NCBI GenBank assembly: GCA_945906765.1
Contig: CAMDRF010000001.1
Location: 12,958-76,957 of the forward strand
Reading direction: 5' to 3'
DNA: 64,000 bases
DNA from: Nitrosovibrio sp. Nv4
GTDB taxonomy: Bacteria > Pseudomonadota > Gammaproteobacteria > Burkholderiales > SG8-39
Under the pieces are notes generated by a model. That model was not told the origin of the DNA, did not search any database, and saw only the letters and a list, made by a program, of their open reading frames with translations. Of this stretch, positions 10,867-21,242 are shown piece after piece; the stretch's first letter is position 1; every line of letters begins with the position of its first letter. A program made the position numbers and the translations under genes.

Positions 10867-13779
10867 ATGCACATCGCGCAGCAGGGAACGGCAGCGAACA
10901 CGGCCATCGGCGTGGACGTCACCGAACCTAGTAGCCCCGCGCGGCGTTCGCCGTACGCCGACTACAAGATCATCCGGCGCAATGGCGCGGTGGTCGGCTT
11001 CGAGCCGGCGAAGATTTCGGTCGCAATGACCAAGGCTTACCTCGCGGTGGGCGGCAGCCAGGGCGCCGCTTCGGCGCGGATACGCGAACTGGTCGTCGAG
11101 CTCACCGCTAGCGTGGTCAACGCGCTGCTGCGGCGCCAGCCCCAGGGCGGCACCTTCCATATAGAAGACATCCAGGACCAGGTTGAGCTCGCGCTGATGC
11201 GCGCCGGCCAGCACGATATCGCGCGCTCCTACGTGCTCTACCGCGAGGAGCGCACCCGCATTCGGGCCGAACAGCAGGCGCAGGAGAAGAGCGCGCGCAC
11301 GCAGGGGGAATCCGGGGCGAGCGCCGCTCCGGTGCTCAACGTGGTGGAAAACGGCCAGCGCCGGCCGCTAGACCTGGCCGCGCTCGACCGGCTGCTCGCT
11401 TCGGCTTGCGCGGGCCTGGAGCCGGGCGCAACACCCGCGGCGATCCGCGAAAGCACGCTGCGCGACCTGTACGACGGCGTGCCGATGGAAGAGGTGCGCA
11501 AGTCCGTGATCCTCGCCGCGCGCGCGCTGATCGAGAAGGACCCGGCCTACAGCTATGCCACTTCGCGCCTGCTGCTGCACACCATCCGGCTGGAAGTGAT
11601 TGGCGAGGAAGTATCCCAGGAGGAGATGGCGACGCGTTACGCGGCCTACTTTCCCGAGTTCATCGCCCGCGGCATCAAGGCCGAGCTGCTGGACCCGGAA
11701 CTGGCGCGTTTTGACCTGGCCCAGCTGAGCCGGGCCCTTAACGCCTCGCGCGACCTTCAGTTCGGCTACCTGGGGCTGCAGACCCTGTACGACCGCTATT
11801 TCCTGCATGAGCGCGGACAGAGGATCGAACTGCCGCAGGCGTTTTTCATGCGCGTGGCGATGGGGCTGTCGCTGAACGAGAAGCACCGCGAAGCGCGCGC
11901 GATCGAGTTCTACAACGTGCTCTCGACCTTCGATTTCATGAGCTCGACGCCGACGCTGTTCAATTCAGGCACCCTGCGCTCGCAGCTCTCGTCCTGCTAC
12001 CTGACCACCGTCGCCGACGATCTCACCGGGATCTACGACGCGATCAAGGAAAACGCCCTGCTGGCGAAGTACGCCGGGGGGCTGGGCAACGACTGGACGC
12101 CGGTGCGCGCGCTCGGCTCCCACATCAAGGGCACCAACGGCAAATCGCAGGGCGTGGTGCCGTTCCTGAAGGTGGTCAACGACACCGCCGTGGCGGTGAA
12201 CCAGGGCGGCAAGAGGAAGGGCGCGGTCTGCTCCTACCTCGAGACCTGGCACCTCGACATCGAGGAATTCCTCGAACTGCGCAAGAACACCGGCGACGAT
12301 CGCCGCCGCACCCACGACATGAACACGGCCAACTGGATTCCGGACCTGTTCATGAAGCGCGTGTTCGAGAACGCGGAGTGGACGCTGTTCTCGCCTTCCG
12401 ACGCTCCGGAGCTGCACGACAAGGTCGGCCGTGCCTTCGAGGAAGCCTACAACCGCTACGAGGACAAGGTGGCGCGCGGCGAGCTGAAGCTCTTCAGGAA
12501 GGTGCCGGCGGTGCACCTGTGGCGCAAGATGCTGTCGATGCTCTTCGAGACCGGGCATCCCTGGATCACGTTCAAGGATCCGTGCAACCTGCGCAGCCCG
12601 CAGCAGCACACCGGCGTCGTGCACAGCTCCAACCTGTGCACCGAGATCACGCTCAACACGTCGGAAGACGAAATCGCGGTCTGCAACCTTGGCTCGGTCA
12701 ACCTGGTCGGGCATCTGATCAACCGGGGCAACGGCACCACGGGGCTTGACTTCGAGAAACTCGCGAAGACCGTGCGCACCGCGATGCGCATGCTCGACAA
12801 CGTCATCGACATCAATTACTACGCGGTGGACAAGGCGCGCAATTCCAACATGCGCCACCGGCCGGTGGGCATGGGCATCATGGGGTTCCAGGATTGCCTG
12901 CACACGCTGCGCATTCCCTACGCCTCCGATGAGGCGGTGGAGTTCGCTGACCGCTCGATGGAAATGGTGGCGTACTGGGCGTACTGGGCGTCCACCGAGC
13001 TCGCCGAGGAACGCGGGCAGTACCCGACCTTCCGCGGCTCGCTGTGGGACCGCGGCATCCTGCCGCAGGACACGCTCGATCTGCTCGCCGCGGAGCGCGG
13101 CGGCTTTGTCGAAGTGGACCGTTCCTCGGCGCTCGACTGGGAACCGCTACGCACGCGCATCCGGCAGCACGGAATGCGCAACTCCAACTGCGTCGCGATC
13201 GCGCCGACCGCCACCATCGCCAACATCGTCGGCGTCTCGGCCTCGCTCGAACCAACCTACCAGAACCTTTACGTGAAATCGAACCTCTCGGGCGAATTCA
13301 CCGTCACCAATGAATACCTGGTGTCGGACCTGAAGCGCGCCGGGCTGTGGGACGAGGTGATGATCTCGGACCTGAAGTATTTCGACGGCAATCTCGCGCG
13401 CATCGACCGGGCGCCGGCGGAGCTGCGGCGCCTGTATGCCACCGCCTTCGAGATCGAGCCCAAGTGGCTGGTGGAGGCCGGCGCGCGGCGGCAGAAGTGG
13501 ATCGACCAGTCGCAGTCTCTCAACATCTACATGGCCGGCGCTTCGGGCAAGAAACTTGATGAGACCTACAAGCTGGCCTGGATCCGTGGCCTGAAGACCA
13601 CCTACTACCTGCGCGCGATGGGCGCGACGCACGCTGAGAAGTCCACCAGCAAGGCGGGTGCGCTGAACGCGGTGTCTTCCGGTGGCGTCACCGAGTTGGC
13701 TTCGGCCTCTACCACCGCGCTCACCGAGGATCCAAAGGCCTGTTCGATCGACAACCCGGATTGCGAGGCCTGCCAATAA
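10867..13779 (+). CDS. nrdA: class Ia ribonucleotide reductase, alpha subunit
   Basis: 970 aa with an N-terminal ATP-cone, the active-site region SNLCTEI and a C-terminal Cys pair (DCEACQ). Confidence 0.97.
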   Translation: MHIAQQGTAANTAIGVDVTEPSSPARRSPYADYKIIRRNGAVVGFEPAKISVAMTKAYLAVGGSQGAASARIRELVVELTASVVNALLRRQPQGGTFHIEDIQDQVELALMRAGQHDIARSYVLYREERTRIRAEQQAQEKSARTQGESGASAAPVLNVVENGQRRPLDLAALDRLLASACAGLEPGATPAAIRESTLRDLYDGVPMEEVRKSVILAARALIEKDPAYSYATSRLLLHTIRLEVIGEEVSQEEMATRYAAYFPEFIARGIKAELLDPELARFDLAQLSRALNASRDLQFGYLGLQTLYDRYFLHERGQRIELPQAFFMRVAMGLSLNEKHREARAIEFYNVLSTFDFMSSTPTLFNSGTLRSQLSSCYLTTVADDLTGIYDAIKENALLAKYAGGLGNDWTPVRALGSHIKGTNGKSQGVVPFLKVVNDTAVAVNQGGKRKGAVCSYLETWHLDIEEFLELRKNTGDDRRRTHDMNTANWIPDLFMKRVFENAEWTLFSPSDAPELHDKVGRAFEEAYNRYEDKVARGELKLFRKVPAVHLWRKMLSMLFETGHPWITFKDPCNLRSPQQHTGVVHSSNLCTEITLNTSEDEIAVCNLGSVNLVGHLINRGNGTTGLDFEKLAKTVRTAMRMLDNVIDINYYAVDKARNSNMRHRPVGMGIMGFQDCLHTLRIPYASDEAVEFADRSMEMVAYWAYWASTELAEERGQYPTFRGSLWDRGILPQDTLDLLAAERGGFVEVDRSSALDWEPLRTRIRQHGMRNSNCVAIAPTATIANIVGVSASLEPTYQNLYVKSNLSGEFTVTNEYLVSDLKRAGLWDEVMISDLKYFDGNLARIDRAPAELRRLYATAFEIEPKWLVEAGARRQKWIDQSQSLNIYMAGASGKKLDETYKLAWIRGLKTTYYLRAMGATHAEKSTSKAGALNAVSSGGVTELASASTTALTEDPKACSIDNPDCEACQ

Positions 13780-14915
13780 TGCTCAATTTCGAGGAAGAGG
13801 GAAAAGTGGGCGCGTTTGCCGGTCTCGGCATCCAGCCCGCGTCCGGCTTCGTGCCGAGCGGTCCCGCCGCCGCCGACAGAGCTACCGACACTGCGTTCCG
13901 CCGCATCAGGGTAGAAGACAAAAGCATCATCAATTCCAAGGCGGACGTAAACCAGCTGGTGCCGTTCAAGTACAAGTGGGCCTGGGAGAAGTACATCGCC
14001 GCCTGCGCCAACCACTGGATGCCGCAGGAAGTGAACATGAGCCGCGACATCGCCCTGTGGAAGGATCCCAACGGGCTCACCGACGACGAGCGGCGCCTGG
14101 TGATCCGCAATCTTGGCTTCTTCGTCACCGCGGACTCGCTGGCGGCGAACAATATCGTGCTCGGCACCTACCGCCACATCACCGCGCCCGAGTGCCGCCA
14201 GTACCTGCTGCGCCAGGCCTTCGAAGAGGCGATCCACACGCACGCCTACCAGTACATCGCCGAGAGCCTGGACCTGGACGAGGGCGCCCTCTTCAACGCC
14301 TACCACGAGGTTGCCTCGATCCGCGACAAGGACGAGTTCCTGATCCCGTTCATCGACACGCTGACCGATCCGGCGTTCAAGACCGGCACGCCGGAGGCCG
14401 ACCAGAAGCTGCTGAAGAGCCTGATCGTGTTCTCCTGCCTGATGGAGGGCCTGTTCTTCTACGTCGGCTTCACGCAGATCCTCGCGCTCGGCCGGCAGAA
14501 CAAGATGACCGGCTCGGCCGAGCAGTACATGTACATCCTGCGCGACGAGTCGATGCACTGCAATTTCGGCATTGACCTGGTGAACCAGATCAAGCTCGAG
14601 AACCCGCACCTGTGGACGCCGACGTTCCGCGAGGAGCTGACCGCGATCTTCCGCAAGGCGGTCGAGCTCGAATATGCCTACGCCGAGGACACCATGCCGC
14701 GCGGCGTGCTCGGCCTGAACGCGCCGATGTTCAAGGAATACCTGCGCTTCATCTGCAACCGCCGCTGCCAGCAGATCGGCCTGGACGTGATGTACCCGGG
14801 GGCCAGCAACCCGTTCCCGTGGATGAGCGAAATGATCGACCTGAAGAAGGAGCGCAACTTCTTCGAGACGCGGGTGATCGAGTACCAGACCGGCGGCGCC
14901 CTGAACTGGGAATGA
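13779..14915 (+). CDS. nrdB: class Ia ribonucleotide reductase, beta subunit
   Basis: Ferritin-like di-iron motifs ([19 protein letters not shown]). ATG 13779 overlaps the nrdA TAA (TAATG). Confidence 0.95.
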   Translation: MLNFEEEGKVGAFAGLGIQPASGFVPSGPAAADRATDTAFRRIRVEDKSIINSKADVNQLVPFKYKWAWEKYIAACANHWMPQEVNMSRDIALWKDPNGLTDDERRLVIRNLGFFVTADSLAANNIVLGTYRHITAPECRQYLLRQAFEEAIHTHAYQYIAESLDLDEGALFNAYHEVASIRDKDEFLIPFIDTLTDPAFKTGTPEADQKLLKSLIVFSCLMEGLFFYVGFTQILALGRQNKMTGSAEQYMYILRDESMHCNFGIDLVNQIKLENPHLWTPTFREELTAIFRKAVELEYAYAEDTMPRGVLGLNAPMFKEYLRFICNRRCQQIGLDVMYPGASNPFPWMSEMIDLKKERNFFETRVIEYQTGGALNWE

Positions 14916-14919
14916 ACAA

Positions 14920-15174
14920 ATGACGAATCACCGAGTGACCGCATGCAAGGCCGAGGACGACTACAAACTGTGGATCCGTTTCGACGACGGGCTGGAGGGT
15001 AGCGTGTTCCTTGGCAACCTGCTCGAAATCGGCGCCTTCAAGCTGTGGCGCGACGTGCGGGAGTTCGAGAAGGTGAGCGTGGACCCGGAGTCCGCCACCG
15101 TGACCTGGGGGGGCGGCATCCGTCTCGACCCGGAAATCCTGTATCAGGATCTTGCCGCGCGAGGCAGCCGGTGA
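14920..15174 (+). CDS. DUF2442 domain-containing protein (solo)
   Basis: 84 aa: ...YKLWIRFDDGLEGSVFLGNLLEIGAFKLWRDVREFEKVSVDPESATVTWGGGIRLDPEILY fits the DUF2442 pattern. No DUF4160 partner is nearby. Confidence 0.7.
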   Translation: MTNHRVTACKAEDDYKLWIRFDDGLEGSVFLGNLLEIGAFKLWRDVREFEKVSVDPESATVTWGGGIRLDPEILYQDLAARGSR

Positions 15175-15279
15175 GGAAAACCAAGAATTCAATGCGCCCG
15201 GCGATCCTCGCCAGGCGTTTGAATAGTCCGGGCCAGTGTGGCCGGGCTTTCTTTCGCAACTACCTCTAAGGAGATTGAT

Positions 15280-15570
15280 ATGGCGAAGAAAAAAGCAAAA
15301 AAAGGCGGCAAGAAAAAGAAGAAGAAAGCATCAGGTAAAAAGAAATCGTCCAAGAAGAAAGCATCAAGAAGGGTAACGGGCAAAAAAAAGAAAGCCGCGA
15401 AAAAGAAGGCTAAAAAGAAAAAGAAAGCGGCAAGCAAACCCGTAAGTCCCAAGGCCAGCACTGCGATGACGGCAAGCGTAAGAATGCCGTCCGCCGCGAT
15501 GGGCTCCGGCGCGAGAACCGCGCTGAATCCAGCGGCCGCGTGGCCGTTTCCGACCGGATCCCGGCCGTAA
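15280..15570 (+). CDS. lysine-rich, histone H1-like small basic protein (candidate nucleoid-associated protein)
   Basis: MAKKKAKKGGKKKKKKASGKKKSSKKKASRRVTGKKKKAAKKKAKKKKKAASKP... ending ...LNPAAAWPFPTGSRP. A strong SD (AAGGAG) lies 7 nt before the ATG. The ORF-track start at 15238 is unlikely. Confidence 0.55.
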   Translation: MAKKKAKKGGKKKKKKASGKKKSSKKKASRRVTGKKKKAAKKKAKKKKKAASKPVSPKASTAMTASVRMPSAAMGSGARTALNPAAAWPFPTGSRP

Positions 15571-15590
15571 CCGGGAACCGATCGGGAATG

Positions 15591-15616
15591 CGGCGGGGGG
15601 CGAAAGCCCTCCGCCG
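15591..15616 (+). terminator. GC-rich stem-loop with GNRA loop after the lysine-rich ORF
   Basis: CGGCGGGGGGC-GAAA-GCCCTCCGCCG forms an 11-bp stem (one G-T pair) with a GAAA tetraloop. Only CCTTTG follows, so termination efficiency is uncertain. Confidence 0.45.
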
Positions 15617-15759
15617 GCCTTTGAAGATCTCCGGACCGCCTTTGCCCTCCAGCTCCACTGGCAGGCTTGGGTCGGTCCGCGAGACTTTGTTTAGGGTGCA
15701 ACCCAGCGGAGGCCGCGATTCTATCCCCCCTCAAGCACGCACCAGTTCCCTTTGATTTT

Positions 15760-15780
15760 CCTTGTCGAAACAAGGGTTTT
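15760..15780 (+). terminator. small terminator-like hairpin
   Basis: CCTTG-tcgaaa-CAAGG followed by GTTTT. The stem is short. Confidence 0.35.
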
Positions 15781-15820
15781 GCGGCGCACAATTTTTTGCA
15801 TTCAAAAGATGGAGAAGTTA

Positions 15821-15850
15821 TTGACATAAAAGAGAGTTTTAAGATATGAT
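15821..15850 (+). promoter_or_regulatory. near-consensus sigma-70 promoter
   Basis: TTGACA (15821-15826)-18 nt-TATGAT (15845-15850), in a local AT-rich stretch. Confidence 0.6.
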
Positions 15851-15856
15851 GCATTA

Positions 15857-16082
15857 TGTTGCGTCGCAACAATCGCCGCTGAAACCGGGAGCTTCTTCCC
15901 GACTCAAGCAGCGCCATTCCGGGACCACCGAATCCTCCCGGGGTGTGCGTAAACCGAGTGTCCAGGTTGTTCCAGGACGCCCGGGAATCAACCCCAATCT
16001 CAGATCGTCTGGCGCCTCACCGAGGCGCTTGCGGCTGATTGGGGAGGGCGGCAACCCGGCGCAGAAGGTATGGAGGTTGAAA
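15857..16082 (+). promoter_or_regulatory. structured leader of about 225 nt (or independent ncRNA) upstream of the SLT gene
   Basis: Four CCGGGA/CCCGGG motifs (about 15885, 15919, 15938, 15980). Nested helix CCCCAATC (15992-15999)/GATTGGGG (16037-16044) encloses the hairpin GCGCCTC-acc-GAGGCGC (16012-16028). An SD GGAGG lies at 16073. Confidence 0.4.
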
Positions 16083-16775
16083 ATGGAAACAACCGAACTC
16101 ACGATGAAGTTCTCCGGTCTGGCCGGCGCCCTGCGCCTGTTTTCCGCGGCGCGTGCGCTGCTGGCGCTGGTCGGCCTGGCGGTGATCCTTGCCGCCACCC
16201 TGCCAGCGCCGCGCGAAGCGCTGCTGCGCCAGTTCGCCGCCTGGACCGAGGCCTGGGACGGCGAGAGCGGCAATGTCACCGCGGGCACCATCCAGCCGGG
16301 CGCGCTTAGCGCGGCGGCGCGCGAACAACGCGCCGTCACCGAGTTCATCGCCAAGCGCTACCGGGTGGCGCAGGACGCGACCGCCGGATTCGTCGCCAGC
16401 GCCTACCGCGCCGGCAATGAGTGGCAGGTCGATCCGCTGCTGATCCTGGCGGTGATGGCGGTGGAATCGCGCTACAACCCGGTCGCCGAAAGCAACATGG
16501 GCGCCAAGGGCCTGATGCAGGTGATCCCGAAGTACCACCCCGAGAAGCTTGCCGGGCATGGCGGCGAGAGCGCGCTGCTCGACCCGCACGTCAACATCCA
16601 GGTCGGCGCGCAGATCCTGCGCGAGTACCTGCGCCGCTTCGGCGAGACCGAGACCGCGCTGCAGATGTACGCCGGCGCCTTCGACGAGCCGAGTTCGTCC
16701 TATGCTTTCAAGGTGCTTGCCGAGCGCTCGCGCCTGGAGCAGATGCTCAAGCAAGTCCGCCGGACCGCGGCCTGA
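16083..16775 (+). CDS. lytic transglycosylase (SLT domain) with an N-terminal membrane anchor
   Basis: METTELTMKFSGLAG..., a TM helix, and the SLT motif AVESRYNPVAESNMGAKGLMQV. GGAGG lies 6 nt before ATG 16083. The ORF-track start at 15846 is rejected. Confidence 0.8.
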   Translation: METTELTMKFSGLAGALRLFSAARALLALVGLAVILAATLPAPREALLRQFAAWTEAWDGESGNVTAGTIQPGALSAAAREQRAVTEFIAKRYRVAQDATAGFVASAYRAGNEWQVDPLLILAVMAVESRYNPVAESNMGAKGLMQVIPKYHPEKLAGHGGESALLDPHVNIQVGAQILREYLRRFGETETALQMYAGAFDEPSSSYAFKVLAERSRLEQMLKQVRRTAA

Positions 16776-17751
16776 TTTTTTTCTCGCAGAATCTTTTCAC
16801 CCGCGCGGCCGCTGCTTCGAGGTCCGGCATGCTGCGGGTATAGGCGAAGCGCACGTAGCCGCGCGTCGCGTTCGTTCCAAAGTCGATTCCCGGCGTTGCC
16901 GCGACGCCTTCGCTCTCGAGCAATTCGATGCGGCGCCGTTCGAGGATTTTCAGGGTGGATGGCGTAAAACAGGCAAGCGCCGCGTGCTGCGCCACCGACG
17001 GCGCGCAGATGAACAGATGCTGGGCGAGTTTCTCGAACTCGCACATCCGTGCATTTTCCTTCGTTCGTGGCAGCACGACCCAGCCCAAGCGCCAGCCGGT
17101 CATGCAGAAATACTTCGAGAAGCTGTTCACCACCACCACCTCGCCCGGCAGGCCGAGCGCGGTTGCGGGCTTCTCGCCATACACCAGCCCCTGGTAGATC
17201 TCGTCGACGATCAGCACGCCGCCGCGCTGCGCGACGAAGCGCGCGATTTTCTCCAATTCGGTATTTGAAATAATGGTCCCGGTCGGATTGGACGGCGAAC
17301 CGAGCAGCAGGCCGCGCGTGCGGGGGCCCCAGGCCGCGCGCACCATGTGGCGGTAGCCGGGATAGCCGGGATCCGGCAGCAGGATCTCGTCGCCCGGATT
17401 CACCTACAGCGCGAGCGTCAGCAACAAGCCTCCTGACGCACCGGATGCAATGGCAATTCTTGAATCTGAAACCTCAATGCCAAAACATCTCTGGTAGTGC
17501 CCCCCGATTGCCTGCCGGAGGGCGGGCAGGCCGAGGGTGGCGGTGTAGGCGCTGCGGCCATCGCGCAGCGCGCGCACTGCGGCTTCCACCACCTGGGGCG
17601 CGGCGGTGAAGTCCGGTTCGCCGATTTCCATGTGGATAACGCGCCGGCCCGTCGCCTCGAGCTGGTGGGCGCGCGAGAGCACGTCCATCACCACGAAGGG
17701 CTGGATTTCTGCGGCGCGGCTCGCGGCGCGCAAACGTACCGGGGTCTTCAA
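16747..17751 (-). pseudogene. class I/II PLP-dependent aminotransferase, inactivated (in-frame TAG plus two internal deletions)
   Basis: The N-terminal part is read from the tail of the 900-aa antisense ORF (...EIQPFVVMDVLSRAHQLEATGRRVIHMEIGEPDF...ASGASGGLLLTLAL). A TAG stop at 17406-17404 follows, then VNPGDEILLPDPGYPGYRHMVRAA|WGPRTRG...NSFSKYFCMTGWRLGW. About 26 and 55 residues are missing relative to typical ~390-aa homologs (recollection). Confidence 0.7.
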
Positions 17752-17802
17752 GGGGAGGGGGATTATACGGATATAATTTTTACCCGATTCTAGGAGCAGA
17801 AA

Positions 17803-20097
17803 TTGGACGAGGAACTGAGGAAGGACGCCCTCGAATATCATCGCTTGCCGCGTCCCGGCAAGATCGCGATCCTCGCCACCAAGCAGCTCGTCAACCAGCG
17901 CGATCTCGCGCTCGCCTATTCGCCCGGTGTGGCGATCGCCTGCGAGGAAATCCGGCGCGATCCGGCCGAAGCGGTCAACCTCACCTCGCGCGCCAACCTG
18001 ATCGCGGTGATCACCAACGGTACCGCGGTGCTTGGCCTGGGCGCGATCGGACCGCTCGCCGCCAAGCCGGTGATGGAAGGCAAGGCGGTGCTGTTCAAGA
18101 AATTTGCCGGCATCGACTGCTTCGACCTCGAGATCGACGAGCGCGATCCGGACAAGCTGGTCGATATCATTGCCTCGCTGGAGCCCACCTTCGGCGGCAT
18201 CAACCTTGAGGACATCAAGGCGCCGGAGTGCTTCATCGTGGAGCGCAAGCTGCGCGCGCGCATGAAGATACCGGTGTTCCACGACGACCAGCATGGCACC
18301 GCGATCATCGTCGGCGCCGCGGTCCTCAACGGCCTCAAGGTGGTCGGCAAGTCGCTCGACAAGGTGAAGCTGGTCGTTTCCGGCGCGGGCGCCGCGGCCC
18401 TTGCCTGCCTGGAACTGCTGGTGAAGATGGGCCTGCCGCGCGGCAACATCATCGTCACCGACATCAAGGGCGTGGTCTGGAAGGGTCGCAAGGAATTGAT
18501 GGATCCGGACAAGGAGCGCTTCGCCGTCGAGACCAAGGCGCGCACGCTGGATGAGGTGATGGACGGCGCCGACGTGTTCCTCGGCCTGTCGGCGGGCGGC
18601 GTGCTCAAGCCCGCTTCGGTGAAGAAGATGGCCGAGCGGCCGCTGATCCTCGCGCTCGCCAACCCGGAGCCGGAGATCCGGCCGGAGCTCGCCAAGGAGG
18701 CGCGGCCGGACTGCGTCATCGCCACCGGGCGCACCGACTATCCGAATCAGGTCAACAACGTGCTGTGCTTCCCGTTCATCTTCCGCGGCGCGCTCGACGT
18801 CGGCGCGACGACCATCACCACGGAGATGGAACTCGCCGCGGTGCACGCCATCGCCGAACTTGCGCAGGCGGAGGCCTCCGACATCGTCGCCATGGCCTAC
18901 GGCGGGCAGGACCTGAAATTCGGGCCTGAATACCTGATTCCCCGGCCCTTTGACCCGCGCCTGATCGGCAGGATCGCGCCGGCGGTGGCCAGGGCGGCGA
19001 TGGATTCGGGCGTGGCGACGCGCCCGCTCGCCGACCTGGAGGCCTACCGCGAGTCGCTCACCCAGTTCGTCTACCACTCGGGCCTCATCATGAAGCCGCT
19101 GTTCGCCGCGGCCAAGCAGAAGCCGCGCCGCGTGGTCTATGCGGAGGGCGAGGACGAGCGCGTGCTGCGCGCGGTGCAGGCGGTCCTGGATGAAGGCCTC
19201 GCCAAGCCGATCGTGATCGGGCGGCCGCAGGTCATCGAGCGCCGCCTCGAGACGCTCGGCCTGCGCATGCAGGCGGGGCGCGACTTCGAGCTGGTCAGCC
19301 CGGAGTTTGATCCGCGCTATCGCGATTACTGGACCACCTATCACCGTCTCACCGAGCGGCGCGGCGTGTCGCCCGAGTACGCCAAGATCGAGATGCGCAG
19401 GCGTCTGACGCTGATCGGCGCGATGATGATCCACAAGGGCGAGGCCGAAAGCATGCTCTGCGGCACCTTCGGCACTCACTCGCTGCACCTGGGCTACATC
19501 GACCAGGTGATCGGGCGGCGCCCGGGCATCAAGCACTACGCGGCGATGAACGCTCTGATCCTGCCCAATCGCACGATCTTCATCTGCGACACCTATGTGA
19601 CCCCGGATCCGGACGCCGCGCATATCGCCGAAATGACGGTGCTCGCCGCCGAGGAGATCCGGCGCTTCGGCATCGTGCCCAAGGTGGCGCTGCTCTCGGC
19701 GTCTAATTTCGGTTCGGTGGACCTGCCTTCGGCGCGCAAGATGCAGCAGGCGCTCGCGATCCTCGCCGAGCGCGCGCCCGAGCTCGAAGTCGATGGCGAG
19801 ATGCACGGCGATACCGCGCTCTCGGGCGAGATCCGCAGCAAGGTGTTTCCAAACTCGCGCCTGCGGGGCGAGGCCAACCTGCTGGTGATGCCGACGCTGG
19901 ATGCGGCCAACATCTCGTTCAACCTGCTCAAGGTCGCCTCCTCCGAAAACGTCACCATCGGCCCGATCCTGCTCGGCGCCGCGCGGCCGGTGCACATCCT
20001 CACGCCCTCGGCCACGGTGCGCCGTATCGTCAACATGACCGCGCTCGCGGTGGCCGACGCCAACGCGCCGCGCGGCCAGGAACAGTCGCTGTTCTAA
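17803..20097 (+). CDS. maeB: NADP-dependent malic enzyme (malic enzyme domain plus PTA-like domain)
   Basis: 764 aa, collinear with E. coli MaeB from [21 protein letters not shown]... to the end. TTG start with AGGAG 6 nt upstream. Confidence 0.95.
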   Translation: MDEELRKDALEYHRLPRPGKIAILATKQLVNQRDLALAYSPGVAIACEEIRRDPAEAVNLTSRANLIAVITNGTAVLGLGAIGPLAAKPVMEGKAVLFKKFAGIDCFDLEIDERDPDKLVDIIASLEPTFGGINLEDIKAPECFIVERKLRARMKIPVFHDDQHGTAIIVGAAVLNGLKVVGKSLDKVKLVVSGAGAAALACLELLVKMGLPRGNIIVTDIKGVVWKGRKELMDPDKERFAVETKARTLDEVMDGADVFLGLSAGGVLKPASVKKMAERPLILALANPEPEIRPELAKEARPDCVIATGRTDYPNQVNNVLCFPFIFRGALDVGATTITTEMELAAVHAIAELAQAEASDIVAMAYGGQDLKFGPEYLIPRPFDPRLIGRIAPAVARAAMDSGVATRPLADLEAYRESLTQFVYHSGLIMKPLFAAAKQKPRRVVYAEGEDERVLRAVQAVLDEGLAKPIVIGRPQVIERRLETLGLRMQAGRDFELVSPEFDPRYRDYWTTYHRLTERRGVSPEYAKIEMRRRLTLIGAMMIHKGEAESMLCGTFGTHSLHLGYIDQVIGRRPGIKHYAAMNALILPNRTIFICDTYVTPDPDAAHIAEMTVLAAEEIRRFGIVPKVALLSASNFGSVDLPSARKMQQALAILAERAPELEVDGEMHGDTALSGEIRSKVFPNSRLRGEANLLVMPTLDAANISFNLLKVASSENVTIGPILLGAARPVHILTPSATVRRIVNMTALAVADANAPRGQEQSLF

Positions 20098-21230
20098 TGA
20101 AAGCAAGAGCCGGACTCGTACTCACCGGAGGTGGTGCCCGGGCCGCCTACCAGGTTGGCGTGGTGAAGGCGGTGCGCGACATCCTGGGCAATCCGGTGAA
20201 GAACCCGTTTCCTATTTTATGCGGCACGTCGGCGGGGGCGATCAACGCCACCACGCTCGCGGTGTATGCCGACGACTTCAGTCGCGGGGTGGGCAATCTG
20301 ATCGAGGTGTGGGAGAACATGCACTGCCACCATGTCTACCGCACCGACGTATCGAGCATCACGCGCCGCGGCCTGCGCTGGCTGGGCGCGCTGTCGTGGC
20401 TGTCGCGCCAGAACCCGATCTCGCTGCTCGACAATGCGCCGCTGCGCGATATGCTGGAGCGCACGCTTGCGTTTGACCGCATCCAGGACCACATCGATTC
20501 CGGGGCGCTCTACGCGGTCAGCGTGACCGCATCGGGCTACACCACGGGCCAGAGCGTGTCATTTTTCCAGGGCGGCTCCGGGCTCGAGGGCTGGGAGCGC
20601 AACCAGCGCATCGGCGCGGCGGTATCGCTCAAGCTCGACTACCTGCTCGCATCGAGCGCGCTGCCGTTCATCTTTCCCGCGGTCAAGGTGCACCGCGAGT
20701 ACTTCGGCGACGGCTCGGTGCGCCAGATCGCGCCGATCAGCCCCGCGCTGCACCTCGGGGCAGATCGCGTCCTGGTGGTGGGCACCGGCCGCCAGAGTTC
20801 CGACCAGTCGCGCGCACGCTCCAACATTTATCCGTCGCTCGCCCAGGTCGCAGGCCATGCGCTCAACTCCATCTTCCTCGACGGTCTGTCGGTGGACCTC
20901 GAGCGCCTGGAGCGCATCAACCGCACGCTCAAGCTGATTCCGCCCGAGAAGCTGGCGGAGGCCAACCTGCCGCTGCGGCCGGTGAAAGTGCTGTTCATCT
21001 CGCCCTCCCAACCGCTGGAGCGCATCGCGGCGCGCTTCGTGCACGAATTGCCGCCGATGGTGCGCTTCGTGCTGCGGCCGACCGGGGCGATGAACCGCTC
21101 GGGCTCGAACCTGGCGAGTTATTTGCTGTTCGAGGAGTCGTTCTGCCGTACCCTGATCGACCTGGGCTACCAGGACACGGCGAGCCGCGAGCAGGAAGTG
21201 CGGAATTTTTTCAGCGAATCAGAGGAATAA
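20097..21230 (+). CDS. patatin-like phospholipase family protein
   Basis: Oxyanion motif LTGGGARAAYQVG and nucleophile elbow GTSAG. The ATG overlaps the maeB TAA. Confidence 0.85.
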   Translation: MKARAGLVLTGGGARAAYQVGVVKAVRDILGNPVKNPFPILCGTSAGAINATTLAVYADDFSRGVGNLIEVWENMHCHHVYRTDVSSITRRGLRWLGALSWLSRQNPISLLDNAPLRDMLERTLAFDRIQDHIDSGALYAVSVTASGYTTGQSVSFFQGGSGLEGWERNQRIGAAVSLKLDYLLASSALPFIFPAVKVHREYFGDGSVRQIAPISPALHLGADRVLVVGTGRQSSDQSRARSNIYPSLAQVAGHALNSIFLDGLSVDLERLERINRTLKLIPPEKLAEANLPLRPVKVLFISPSQPLERIAARFVHELPPMVRFVLRPTGAMNRSGSNLASYLLFEESFCRTLIDLGYQDTASREQEVRNFFSESEE

Positions 21231-21242
21231 GGAAGGACAATC

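Noticed and set aside
15189-15917. 242-aa minus-strand ORF with poly-Phe stretches
   Set aside because: It is the reverse complement of the AAG/AAA-rich lysine ORF. It has no SD and an implausible composition.
15846-16082. N-terminal extension of the SLT ORF (start at 15846)
   Set aside because: The start would lie inside the -10 box. The extension has no SD and a low-complexity S/R/P/G composition. A GGAGG-ATG pair at 16073/16083 fits much better.
17404-20106. 900-aa ORF on the minus strand
   Set aside because: It is antisense to maeB, which is collinear with E. coli MaeB over its full length. Long stop-free antisense frames are expected at this GC content. Only its last ~115 codons are meaningful: they are the N-terminus of the aminotransferase pseudogene.
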